A stretch of DNA of 63,677 bases, filler included, from Dugesia japonica (taxonomy: Eukaryota): the NCBI GenBank assembly GCA_001938525.1. It is 6 parts of 6 records of this genome, joined end to end, with 100 filler letters (N's around TTAATTAATTAA, not from the genome) between each part and the next. Parts side by side here need not be neighbours in the genome. Positions count along the whole stretch, not along the records: positions 34,400 to 43,380 come from MQRL01585278.1; positions 43,481 to 54,638 come from MQRL01302351.1; 4 more parts are not named here. One strand, given 5' to 3'. Below the pieces are notes generated by a model that did no database searches, had not been told where the DNA came from, and saw nothing but the letters and a program-made list of their open reading frames with translations. Every line of letters begins with the position of its first letter. Within the stretch, counting starts at the first letter, position 1. Of the stretch, positions 38,020-51,200 are shown one piece after another. Made by a program: the position numbers and the translations under genes.

Positions 38020-39738
38020 ATTTTAACTAAATATGAAGTTGGAAGACAGTGAAACAGAAGAATATAAATATGCACTTCATTTTATCATGTCTTTAAAAAA
38101 ATAGTTTATCAAATTAATTTTTTCTTGTTTTTTTATTTTTATTTTTTAAATTTTTTAAAATAAAGTTTAAATTTGTAATTTTAACTTGAAATATGTGTAT
38201 AATTAAAAATTTTATTTATGAAAAAATAATTCGAACATAATCATATATTTTATAAAAAAGCTGAGTCTTAAATAATACAATTTACATAACGCCGATTTTT
38301 TCTGCGACGTAACTTCCACGTTAAACGAAGGATGCCTGTATTAAAATAACGATTACTATTCTTTTTAATATAGATTCAAAAATTATTTTATCGAAATTAA
38401 ATAATTCAATAAAGTCAGATTAAATTTACTAGTAGGTAGTTAACGTTTACATTATCACTTCTTTTCCTATATAAGAGCTTATCAAACATGAGTTTTCCTC
38501 AATCAAACAAGTAGAATATACTTATTTAAAAATAAATTTAGTAAGTGATTAAAACAACAATGTGGATATCAAAGAAGCTTTCTTCCTTTCCAGAAGTAAT
38601 GGTATATCAAGTGATTTATTTTTTTCACTTAAAGACAGTTTCCACGTGTGAAAGACGATTTAGAAACCCTGTTGGAAAAATCAAAGGCTGATAAATTAGA
38701 GTCCAACTTATGCATAAAAAATGAAGTGTTCCTTCCAATTCAATATGATAAGAAAAAAAGAAAGCGAGACTGGCGGAATTCTCAGGCTACTGGATTTCTT
38801 TACTTATGTATCCCAATATAGATACTTGTATCATAGACCAATCAATATTTACTTATAGTAATAAAAAATCAATTCACCATGGCATATTTTGCTCATACAT
38901 TTTTCTACAATTCAATATTCCATATATCTAAAGTTCCATCTGCCAGATCCTGTTTAAATTCATAACCCATTAATGTTCCTTAAACTTTTATATTCATTAT
39001 AGATTAACATTAATACTAATAATTCTTTCAATAAAATCTATATTAGCAAAAGTTCGATACGCTGCACTAAAATTATTTTATGTATCAATTTATTTAATGG
39101 CTAATCTTATTTGTGTAAATTTTTTTATATATTAATAAAATTTTTATTAATAAATGTTTATTTAGTTAGTTATTAGTTATAATTATTAAATATTTATAAT
39201 AACAAAACGCGAATTATTAAAGCTTATAGGAGTCAGAAATAAAATAGTGTCAGAATCGAACCCATTGTTTCTTACTTTTATATATCCTTTGTTCAAATTT
39301 TTTTTCGGAATAAATATAATTTAGAAAATCTGGAATGAACCTTAAAATATCTTCAAAACAATTTTAGCAAATTTTTAAAATATATTTTAATTTTAAAAAA
39401 TCTTTGATAAATCAAATTGATTCACTTGAAGTAAATCTGAAATTGTGGACTTAGTATATTTAATTGTGTGATTGTGACATTTAATTAATAAAAAACAATT
39501 AAATGAAATCATAAATAAAATTATAAATATTTAAATTACACATTTTTAAACATAATTATTCAAATTTAAAGGTTTATTATTAATATTTTAATTAATTTTT
39601 CTATAAGTAAACTTTAAATAATTGAAATTAAAGTTTAAAAATCTATGTTTGTTTTAAAAAGAAAATGTTAAGTATATTTATTAAATATATTTAATTATTT
39701 TTTATTATAAAAATTTAAATAATTATTTGAATTAGTTT

Positions 39739-42043
39739 ATGTATCAAACTACATTTGGTGTTTTTGAACCTTATGGTCCAGTATTAAATGGTCCAGGTGC
39801 CTCAAAAAAACCTTCCCAATTTTCTCTTAAAAAACTTTCATCAATTGAACAAGAATCAATAGAAAAAGCGAAAAAATATGCCAAAGATCAAAGTATTCGT
39901 GTTGTGTTATTAAAGCAAACCAAACAACATGAGATTCAAGTATGCAGATTGATTTCTTTTATTTTTTAATTGACATTTTAGCAACAAAGTAACATTAAAA
40001 AAAATCAAGCAATAGTTTTATTGAGCAGAATATACGTAGGTTCTATAAATTATGACATTAGAGAAGAAGCTATTAAAACAGCTTTTAAAGCTTTTGGTCC
40101 AGTTAAAGTAGTCAGCTTGAGTTATGATCCAATTACTCAAAAACATATGGGATATGCTTTTCTTGAATTTGAGTATCCTGAGGCTGCACAGTTGGCATTA
40201 AGTCCAAATCAGAATGTCACCATATCGGGAAGACAAGTGAAGGTCGGAAGACCAACCAATATGCCTCACAGTGGTCCCATGGTCGACGAATTATTAGCAG
40301 AAGCAAGAAAATATTATCGGATTTATGTTGCATCAGTTCATCCGAATTTAAATGATGATGATTTACGAGAACTTTTCGAGTCGTTTGGTAAAATTAAAAC
40401 CTGCCATTTGGAAGTCGATCCTATGAAACCTGGCAAACATCGAGGATTTGGATTTATCGAATATGAAACTGGGCAAGCTGCAAGTGATGCTGTCAGTAGT
40501 ATGAATTCATTCAATTTGGGCGGTATGTCTCTGAAAATCAGTCACGCTATTACACCGCCTAACACAAACGCATTTCAAGCCAGTGCAGCACCGACTTCCA
40601 TGCCAACAGCTACTGCTATGGCTGCTGCATCTATAACTGCACAAGTACAAGAATTAGAAGTACAACAAATCGTTAATGTCAAAGCCAATGATGATGACGA
40701 CGATATTTTACCATTGGACAAATGTACAATCCCGATTAAAGAAAAGAAATCTCGTGGTAAATTCTCAGCTACAGTTGTAGCAAATGATATCGTTTCGCCG
40801 CCAACTGTGATCATTCCTCAGATTTGTGTACCTCATACTGAACACTCGGACAAACTTGTATACGAAATCGAGTTAAAACCCAAACCGGAAATCGATGAGG
40901 AGAATCAAACCGAAAGCAGTTTGGATAAAGAGAATATTCATATTCGCGGTCGAGAGGCTCGTAATCAGATGATGCAGAAATTGATGCGAGCTACTCCACA
41001 GAGGTCAGAAATATTGAAGATAAATATCACTATTTCTGAAAATAATTTTTTTTCGTCTTCGATTTATTTGTAAATAAAGGGAAATATAAAAAAATTAGAA
41101 CAACACAATTAGTAAGACAATAATAATACTACTAATTATAATAATCAATTAACCCTTTCATTACGCATGGTGCCAAATGGAGCACCGGTGAATCTTTGGA
41201 TTTTGTTCAGGAATACAAATACAACTCATTGTTTGGTTTGTGTTTTGATTGGCTGTTGCAGTCTGATGATAGTTTACTTATTTTACAATTAATTATGACA
41301 ATTAAATCGGGGGTGAATAAATTTAATAAGTCAAAATATTTTGTTAATTTATGAGGGAGGGGTAAACATTTGTTTTGGAATAATTTTATTAGGGGTCTCA
41401 CTGATAGTTTAACAAGTTAGTGGAGTTTATTAATTAATAAACAACGCTTTGCAATTTTTCATGGAATGTAATTTAATTTGGTAATGAAAGGGTTAATTTC
41501 AGCAATATTTTAAATCTTTATTTTTAATTTTTTGTTGCTTTTTTTAAATTTAAATTTATCACTAATTTTTAAAATTGTCCAAATTTCTTTCTTTTCAATT
41601 TTGTCATTTTAATTTAGATATTATTAAATATAAATTTAAGAAAATTTATTATCAATCACCTAATTAATTAAATTATTATAATTAAAATTCTTATACGCAA
41701 TTTAAAATTTTAGATTTTATTTTAATCAATAATATTATTTAGGGTCGTCGTTTTGAAAAATATGGTTGACCAAAATGACGTTGATGATCAATTACAAGAA
41801 GAAGTTTTTGAAGAATGTAGTAAATATGGGGATGTAGAAGATGTAAAAATCTCTATCGAATCTCTAGATGGTAATGAAATTGCAGAAAATAATGGTATTG
41901 TAAAGGTGTTTGTGGTTTTCCTGATTCCGGAGTCACGAGACATTGCAATTGCTAGTATTCATGGAAGATCGTTTGGTGGAAGAATAGTGTTAGCAGAAAA
42001 ATATGACCAAGATTTGTATGATGCTGGTGATCTGAGTGCTTAG
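39739..42043 (+). CDS. PUF60: Poly(U)-binding splicing factor PUF60 / half-pint
   Basis: Exons 39739-39939, 39982-41003, 41743-42043; AKKYAKDQSI, RIYVGSI (RRM1), RIYVASVHP (RRM2), ARNQMMQKLMR, C-terminal UHM VVVLKNMV..EECSKYG..GRSFGGR..YDQDLYDAGDLSA. Confidence 0.96.
41153..41492. mobile_element. piggyBac MITE in PUF60 intron 2
   Basis: TTAA-CCCTTTCATTAC...GTAATGAAAGGG-TTAA. Confidence 0.92.
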
Positions 42044-42377
42044 TTTATTTTTTGTATAATATCAATATATTATGGTATTTGATTTTTAATTTATGATCTT
42101 ATGATTCAGAAATATTTATCAAAAGAAAATTCAATATTTTAATTTTCCTTAATCCTAATTGTTTTTGTCAAAACATTTCATTTTTTAAAATTATTCTTAA
42201 ATCCTAATTGAAACTTAAGATATATTTTATTAAGAGGATCAAGAGTAGATCAAGAAACGTTTACCAAATATTAAGGTATTTTGTTTATATAATGGAGCAT
42301 TTAAAAAAAAATTAAAACTGAAATGAAATCACTTATTAAATTGTTTAAATAATATGTAATTTTAATTATTTTTGAAA

Positions 42378-42957
42378 ATGTCTAACTCGAGTCGAGCCGC
42401 TTCAGATTTGTCTTCTAATGTTTTGAAGCTTAGTTTTATGAAACCTACTCTACAAGCTGCTGAAAAAGCTAAAGTGGTTAAAGAAGACAGTCAAAATAAG
42501 CTTAATATTACTTTTCCATTACCAGAAAATTTATTAAAAAAAATTAAAGACTCCTATAAAAAGTATTACTTTAAATTGATATTTACAAAATATGTTATTT
42601 GTTTAGTTCATTTTGTAAAAAGGAGGCAAATTTATTGGTTTGTGCTCAACTTCCACGTGGTCTCAGACTAAGTTATGGTGGATTTAATTTTGAAACTGAA
42701 AAGCAAATGATGCGTAAAGAAATTAATGTTGATAACTATGAGGAAGTAACTGATCCATCGGATGAATGTAGTGTATCACTAGATGAAATGAAAGAATATA
42801 AACGTAGAAATCATCGAAGACCTCATATAAGTAATAAACGTCGATCAAATGGTAAATTAATAATTTAATTATAATTAAAATGTTATATTTTGTAGCAGAT
42901 TTAGAAGAAGGTGAAATTGTGTCAGAACATAGATCAAAGAGGAAAAAAATTAATTAA
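42378..42957 (+). CDS. MPHOSPH6: M-phase phosphoprotein 6 (nuclear exosome cofactor)
   Basis: Exons 42378-42562, 42607-42851, 42896/42899-42957; LSSNVLKLSFM, LLVCAQL..RLSYGGFNFETEKQM and SVSLDEM match LSKNLLRMKFM, LLCEDL..RMSFRGFNPEVEKLM and DVSDEEM. Confidence 0.85.
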
Positions 42958-44049
42958 TATTATTTAATGAATATAATTTTTTTCTTTGTTTTTGTTTTTC
43001 AGTCAGAAATGTTTTATTATTTTTATCGTTAAATAATAACCAAAAACGGATTTATTTAATTTTCGTAATTTCCTGGTATTTTATTAATAATATATTAAAA
43101 AGTTTAGTGGTACAGGATAACCTTCGAAAAAAAGAACGCTCCAATCAATAAAAAACACCGAGTTACATTTCATTTTTGACGGATTTTTCTAAACTGAGGA
43201 AATTTTTCCTATAATGAAATTGCTGAAAATAATTGCATTGTAAAGCTGTTGTTTATGGCTTCAGAAGTATCGAGTTATGGTCTACCTTTTTAGTAATCTA
43301 CACCCGTTTTAACCCAAAAATGGGTTTCCTTCCGAAGAGAGGTATTGTATTTAAGGAGTTATCCAGATAACAACCAGTCTNNNNNNNNNNNNNNNNNNNN
43401 NNNNNNNNNNNNNNNNNNNNNNNNTTAATTAATTAANNNNNNNNNNNNNNNNNNNNNNNNNNNNNNNNNNNNNNNNNNNNTTTTTTTTCAGATCTTGCAA
43501 GAAGAATAATAAATGAAATGCATCCAGAATGCGAAAAAAAATCCAAACTGTTGGAAAAAGAAGAATATTGGGACTACATTCTGGAAAAAGAGTTGATTGA
43601 TATCAAGAGAGTTTTAGACCTTTTCGAAAGCGAATTTGAAATAGTATCAATGTGTGGAACCAATCCATGTTCATACGGAGTAATACGGTACGTTATTTTA
43701 GAAAGATTTCCATGAATTTGGTTTGTTTGTTGTAATAAGTTGTAGTTTGTTAGTAAATAAATGTTCAATTAAACTAACTGTTATTACTAAAAAATTTTTT
43801 AAAAATTCTATGTATGGGGGATGAGACACTCTTCCAGACATTAATGAGTCATAGGTATGACTCATCTTGATCTCTAAAACGATGACTCATATCTACGAGC
43901 CATTTTCTTTGTTCAAATGATCGATGAGTCATACTTTTGAATTATTGTCTTTGTTATAAAAGTTATTTGTCTAGGTGGGGTGATCCAGTGCGCCACTATC
44001 TACCTACTTTTATTAAAAGTATTTATTTTAAAATCTCAATAAACAGAAA

Positions 44050-46166
44050 AAATGTGTTTAAGCATAGAAAATATTCAGGCAATAATTTTCTATAATTATC
44101 TCAAGAACAATGTCGATGTATGTTTTGGGGGATAAAGCACCACGTCAGTCGACAATTTCGCGTTGGTACGACAACTACAAACGTGGATGCTCTAACTCAA
44201 AGATTTCTGAAGAAATGGTGCACTAAAAACAATAGTCATCCAAGAAAATATTGATTCTCTGCGTCAGCTAATCAAGGAAGATCGACATACGACATATAGT
44301 GAGATGGAGTCTTACTTGGAAATTTCAAAGACCTCATTGCAAGAAATCCTGCATGAAGAATTGGGTGTAAGAAAATTAGATTCATGTTGGATCCCACCAA
44401 TGAACAGAAAATTGCTCGTGTCAATTGGTGCCGAAAAACTTTGACCAGGTTTAACAACGGAAGCTCAATGTGTGAATGATTTACAGCAGGCCTGCACAAC
44501 TTAGTTGGCTTCAAGGGCTAAAAATTTTAGGGAAAAGTTTTGAGGGCCAGAATGAATAGGAAAGACTATGTTTGATAATAATAAAGAAAAAAATGTGTTT
44601 TAAATTATACTTATAGAAATTATCTTTATAAAATTTTTATAAGAAGTATTGCACTTCTTTTCCTTGACAAGCTTATCATATTCTGATGTCATATTTGATG
44701 TTGGTGTTCATATGTTCATTTGTGAGACAAGAACGATGTTTATTTTTATTAAAATTCATTAGTGGAAAGGTTTGTTCACATATGTAAGTGCTACAAAAAA
44801 TGCTGAACATTTTCATTGCAAGCTCGATAAGATTTTTATATTTCCCACTGTCCAAACTTTTGTAAAAACCCAGTAAGTTCTTTTCCCTGTAATAATTTTT
44901 ATATAATATTGAACACTGAAGTTTAATAACCTCAAACTGCAACTCGAGTGGTACATGTTCAGTGACAACGGAAAATGAATCTTCAATTAATTTTAAATGA
45001 CAATATGTTTTATCAGATAATGCAAATCTCTGAAATTCTTTAATTAACAAATTAAAAAATCTGTATAAATGTCTTCCAAATTATTAAAATTATCAGTCAC
45101 ACATTTTTTCATTTCATTAAATATTTCTTTCCTTTCGTACGTCCTGACATGGAGCTTATTCCAACAAGCTCCTCAATAATAATAAAAGTTTTGTCAATAC
45201 TTCTAATAAAAACAAATAAGTTGGGCAATATCTTTTAAATCTGTACTTTCATCCAAACACAAAAAAAAGAATGAAAATTCCCGAGCTTTTCTTTTAAGTT
45301 TGCTAAAATTTCAGTTATTATTCTTTGTGCTGTCAAGCTTGATAAACTGACATTCTTAAACATTCTCTTTTTTTCTGGACATAAATCAGAAACTGTTATA
45401 AACATACATTTCTTCACAAATTCCCCTTCAGTAAAGGCTTTTCCAGCAGCAGCAACTTCCCTTGAAATCTGAAAACTTATTCCAGCTGCTGTTTTCTTTT
45501 CTGCTACAATGTTCCTAAAATATCGTGTGGTGACGAATCTTAGATTTACTCATACGAGCCTCAGAATAAACGTCAATCTTCTATTTGGGTGTTTCAAAAT
45601 GAGGATAATCTAACAAAAGTAATTCGTTCCCGTAGTGTGTCAAAAAAGATGGTGCAACCTTTGTCGCAAAAGCAGGTCATGTCGCTACAATCGCTCTGCA
45701 AAATCAAAATACGGTGACTGCGCATTGGTATACAACAGTTTGCCAAAATTATTTTCAGTACTCCGAAAAACAAACAGGAGACGAAAAATTATCCTTCACC
45801 AGGATAATGCCAGTTCATATACCGCTCGAATGACAACTAAATTTCTAGCTTCTCAAAACATCAAATTATTTGATAATCCTCCGTACAGTCCTGATCTGAG
45901 TCCAAACGTTTTCTTTACGTTCCCTAAGATTAAGAATAAACTTCATGGTCAAAGATTTCAGTCACCAGAAGAGGCAGTAGATGCTTTCAAAATGGAAATT
46001 TCGGCCGTCACAGCTGATGAGTGGAATAACTGTTTTAACAGTTGGTTTGAATGCATGCAAAAATGTATTAATCTTGATGGAGAATATTTTGAAAAACAAT
46101 AAAACATGTTGAGTCTTTTTAGTCTTATTTTTATGACTATATGCAGAACTTAAAAGACAACCTACG
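44050..46166 (+). mobile_element. mariner interrupted by a hAT element
   Basis: GVRKLDSCWIP, GDES*IYSYEP, LHQDNASSYTA..PPYSPDLSPN..GEYFEKQ; right end ..AACCTACG-TA. Confidence 0.9.
44487..45520 (-). mobile_element. hAT (Charlie/GTF2IRD2-like) remnant nested in mariner
   Basis: End CAGGCCTGCACAAC; MFSIFCSTYICEQTFPLMNFNKNKHRSCLT dimerisation motif; KAFTEGEFVKKCM. Confidence 0.88.
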
Positions 46167-46355
46167 TAATAATAATAACAATAAAATAATAATTTAATTA
46201 TTATTATCGTCATGAAATTCATGATTGATCAAGATTTGGCTCAATGAACAATTAATGTTAGTATCAATTCTTACTGACCATTTTTATGAGACTCACTTTC
46301 TGGGTAAGGTTTGTATTAAAAATTTTATTAAAAGTAATAAAAATTCCACCTAGAA

Positions 46356-46710
46356 CAGGGATGTCCAACCTTTTAATTTAATGGGCCGCATTGCAAACTT
46401 AAATATTTAACTAAGCCGCAAAACTATATTGAGCCGTAGTTTACTGAAAATGTAATTATTTCAACAACAAAGAAAATTTAAAAATCCATTAATATAATTA
46501 ATTAATTTAATAATTAACCTAATAATGTTAATTTAGTTTTAACAAGATTATATTGTTTTTTAAATTATTTCTTTTAATTATTTTATTTATTAAATATAAA
46601 GTATTTTGATAAAATTACTTGAAGACTCTTGTGCTAACTACTTGATAAATTTGCTAAAAAATAAAAAAATGTTAATGAGTCGATAGTGGGCCGCAGGTTG
46701 GATATCCCTG
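46356..46710. mobile_element. hAT MITE
   Basis: CAGGGATGTCCAACC and GGTTGGATATCCCTG; perfect TSD ACCTAGAA. Confidence 0.95.
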
Positions 46711-47098
46711 ACCTAGAACTTACTTTCGGTAAACATGGTAAATGGTTGATACAGACAGCGACTCTTTTTTTTGTCACCCGATGCTATTTATTAATAATAA
46801 GCAAGTCTATATTTTATATACTTTATTTGTTACATAATTTATTAAGCTATTGGAATTGATTTAACACTTTAGAAAATGTAAGAATAAAAGTCTTGAAAAT
46901 AACGTATAATATTTAGTCATTTAATTTTTTACTCCATTAAAATTTTGTATTTCAGAATTCTCTTGGTTATTAACAAAATTCTTAGTTAAACTAATTTCTT
47001 TAAGCGTCAATATTTGGCAATCAATCTATAAAATTATGTGTAGATTTTTTCTTTCATTATTATATTTGACAGATATTGTCTATGATTTATGACATGAA

Positions 47099-47880
47099 CT
47101 TGGGTGTGCCCAACTCAAACCCGCCCTTAACCCGAAAGAAAAATAACCGTTTTTTAGCCGCGGAGCCCGCATTTTCAAAATTAGCCAGCACGAGTGGGTT
47201 GGATTTAAATTTTAATTCAATCACCGCTTATATAATAATATTTCTATGTTTAATACTAGTAATTAATTTTTTATAAATGCTTTAGTAGGTAAATACATTT
47301 GTTTTTTGAAATTCTGATCTAAAAAATGAAATTTGCTAACTTCTTCAGATTAGTTTTTTGCTTTACTCAATTAGACATAGAGAGAAAAATTAAAGAGAGT
47401 AGGTATAAATTCTTTTAGTACTTGAGATCTATACGTTGATCTTGAAAGCCTAAGGCATCAAACTGGAAGTTTATTCTAGTTTTAATTGAACAAAAAATAT
47501 ATTTATTTAATAAATTTATTGCTTGTATTCAATAAATATAATTTCTAAATTGCCTTTAAATTTAAAGATACTTCATAGGGTAGTATCTGTTACCCCAATC
47601 TATTTGTATTGTATTATTTTTTACATATTTATAAAACTCTTCATTTGAAAAAATAGACCGTTGTAAAGAAAACAGAGTCTCACTTAATTCTTTGATTTTT
47701 ACAAAATGTCCCTTTTAATCGATTCCGAAAATGTTGGCTTGGATTTTAAGAAACTAAGAATTTTGTTTGGTACTGAAAAATTAAATATCAATATCAACCC
47801 GCACCCATCAGGGCCCGGAACCTGAATTTTTTTAACTCGGGCCAGCACATCTGGCTACAGCCCACCTTAGCACACCCCAG
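47099..47880. mobile_element. hAT non-autonomous element
   Basis: CTTGGGTGTGC and GCACACCCCAG; perfect TSD GACATGAA. Confidence 0.9.
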
Positions 47881-48241
47881 GACATGAATTTTCTCAGCTC
47901 AGTCATCCTACATTACCAATATTACCAAAATAGATTTTGGATTTTAAATTAATCAAGTTGTATTTTTACTGCCGCTGAGTTGTAAAATAAACCAATTTTC
48001 TCAATATTTATATTATGAAAATGGATTATTTTGAGAAATAAGGTTTTATTTAGAAGTATGTATTTTTTTAAAGAAAATGTGTTAATTTCATATATTACAG
48101 CAATGATCCGATATTTGTATATTATGCATAAGTATTACACAAACTACTGGATTTTTTATTAATTAAATAACAAAACGAGTTCAATGAAATTTTAATGTAT
48201 ATTCCAAAACTTTCTATTTGTGATTAATTAAATTTTAATAG

Positions 48242-51200
48242 GTTTAGAAGTCACTACATCTGCAAAAATATTTGGTTTTCGTGATACATCATCAGGAATA
48301 AATATGTTTATCGTTTTATTTTATGGTGCTATTTTAGCATTTGCAATGGAGTTTGCAGAATACATGATGGTTTCAAGAACTTCTAGTCTTACTTTGTGTA
48401 TATCAGGAATTATAAAGGTAAAATTACTTTTACTATATATATATATACACACTAATAAATAGTCTTAATTATTTATTATGTTATGCGATAAGTAATCCGA
48501 TTGTTTTAATATTCCAATGTACAATCAATTTTCAAATCAAATATTAAAATCATATTTTGTTTACAAAAGAATCAAGCAGAAACTTCAAAAAATTTCATTT
48601 CAGCAGGGTCCTACATGAGAACAGATAAGGGGCATATTTTACATTGTATTCTGTATGAATTTCAACACTGGAGAAATGCAGCAAGAGCATGCGAATAGAT
48701 TTGTTCCGTTCTTGCAAAGATGTAGTGTCGTATAATGTTTGCGCATTTTAATTCAGGCTATTTAAAAGCGGTGATTTGATTGTCACAGGCAAACAACGTC
48801 TTGGTGCTACAAGAAAATACAATAATGAATAAATGGAACAACTATTCTCTAATAATTTGCAACATACACAGACTGATCTTACGAAACAATTTAGAGTAAC
48901 TCAGCAAACTGTTTCTAACCGCCTACATGATATTGATAAGATCCAAAAAGAAGTAAAATTGGTCTCGCATGAACTCATTCATTCCAACAAAAATCAATGA
49001 ATGGGTACATTCTTTCTCTTTTTAAATTTGTTCTTGTGAAACATTGCTACGGGAGATAAGAAATTAATACATTATAATAATCCGAAACGTAAAGTCATGG
49101 GTAAATCCCGTAGAACCACCATATCGGTCTCAATGTCCAATCGGTTCAAGAAAAAGTTAATGCTCTATACTGGAGGGATATTAAGGGCTGCTATATTATG
49201 AGTTATTGGAACTTGGTGAAAAAGTTACTTCCGATNNNNNNNNNNNNNNNNNNNNNNNNNNNNNNNNNNNNNNNNNNNNNNNNNNNNNNNNNNNNNNNNN
49301 NNNNNNNNNNNNNNNNNNNNNNNNNNNNNNNAACTCATGGTCACAAATCGCTTTAAAGACGAAGGACACCATAATGAAATTTGACTGGAAAATCTTGGAA
49401 TGCCTAGCGAATTTACCAGATATTGCCTCATCTGACTAGCATTTGTTCCAATCAATGCAGCACGCCTTATTTGATACACACTTTCAATAAATGAAAGTCA
49501 TGTGAAAATGGCTTGACGACTTTATCGCGTACAAACCGACAGTAATTTTTCGAAATAGAATTCATTAGCTGCTTAAAGTTATCAATAACAACTGTGATTA
49601 CTTTTATTGAAAAGGTTTTGTCACTCTCTTTAATAAATTTTGAAGTTAACTGAAAAATTTGGATTTTATATACATATTTATTAAATATATTATACATAGT
49701 TTGAATGTATTGGAGAAATCATTTTTTTCTTTTTTGATTTTACATGAAACCCTAACACTTTTTTACAGTTAGTCTTTTAAACATCAGTCTTTATTATTGA
49801 AAGTTGCTTTGTTGTCTCTAATTCCAATTGTCTGTAATTTCTATATTTCTGCTGAATATATTAGGTTTAATTTTGAGATATTCTTTAATATTCCTTTAAT
49901 TATTTTTGTTTCAATTATCTATTCAAGAATCAGTATAGTTCCAGTTAGAATTGATACAAGTGATCTAATAATACACGTATCTAATTCTACGTTAAAGCCT
50001 GGTCTGGTTAGTTATACTTTTTTCTTAAGTTGATTTTATTTTTCTAAAAATTTTTTTGTTAGTCCCTTCAAAATATTTTCCGGAGTATATTGGGTATTTT
50101 TCATTTATTGAATGTAGTCTTTTGGTGATTGTAATATTAACTCATTTCTTTGAATCTGGAATATATTTATTTACTCTATTGACCTCATTAATAGTATTTG
50201 GGGTTTGAATTTTAGTGATAACAATGTCAAGTTAAGCATTATGTCTTTCAGTTGCCATTATCTGATTCATTTTGGATTTTTGAAGAATATGGGAAANNNN
50301 NNNNNNNNNNNNNNNNNNNNNNNNNNNNNNNNNNNNNNNNNNNNNNNATTTTCCAAGTATTTTGTTGAGATCATAACTGTTAGATGAGTTTGAAGTACTC
50401 ATTGAATAATTCTTGTCAAAACTCGTTTCCATAAAAGATTTATTCGAAACAAATTTAAAAATTTATGTTCAAAATGGAACATATCAAATATCAGTATTTT
50501 GTAAAATATTTTAATTTAAAATTTTATTAATATCAAATTTAAAAATACAGTAAAAAAACACATTTCATTGAAAATATTTTATACTCTATTTTATTTTAAA
50601 TTTTATATATTTTATTTTATTTAAAATTTTAATAACAGAAATTTGAAAATTTTAAGAAATTATAAAAAAATTACAAAAATTTTAATACACATTTATTTTT
50701 TTAATAAATAATGAGAATGATAATTTATTTATTTTATAAATTATTTTTATGATAATTTAAATATTTAACAAATCTGATTTCAATAAATTCCGCTTTAAAA
50801 TACAAAAAATTCAAATCTGCATTTTAAGACTATCTTACAATAACAATTGGTACGATTTCAACAATTTGGCTGTATCTCGTGCACTGTGAATGAATTTCTA
50901 TTGAAATTCATTGAGGTCACTTTTATAAATCATTTTATTGGACTTATTTGGATAGCCGAGAATATCAAGTTGCTATTTTCCATTTTTAACATAGAAGTCA
51001 AAGAGTACGACGTGAACGATATTTGAAAGTTCTTTTCGGGATGTTAGTAATTATATATGTCTCTCTTGTCTTGGTTGTCACATAAGATCATTAAACGATA
51101 TTTCTGTATCATGAATCCTTTTGAAGTAATTGATCGCGGTTTTTATTTGCCTAAAGTGCGTTTTCTTTGAATGAGATTTTCAAGTATTTTTCCATTTATC

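Larger units (their letters stand above)
34510..38338 (+). mobile_element. Decayed Tigger transposon with nested insertions
   Basis: N-terminal LDDKIKILDRL; DDE_1 VYWRANKKVWVT and ILLILDNAPGH..FLPSNT; right end ..GGATGCCTG-TA at 38338. Confidence 0.8.

Noticed and set aside
38560-39060. Possible small gene upstream of PUF60 (FPRVKDDLETLLEKSK..KKKRKRDW)
   Set aside because: Could not build a consistent spliced model or recognise a family
40575-40814. Minus-strand ORF
   Set aside because: Antisense shadow of PUF60
43518-43715. 65-aa ORF at a contig start
   Set aside because: No recognisable motif; probably a transposase tail
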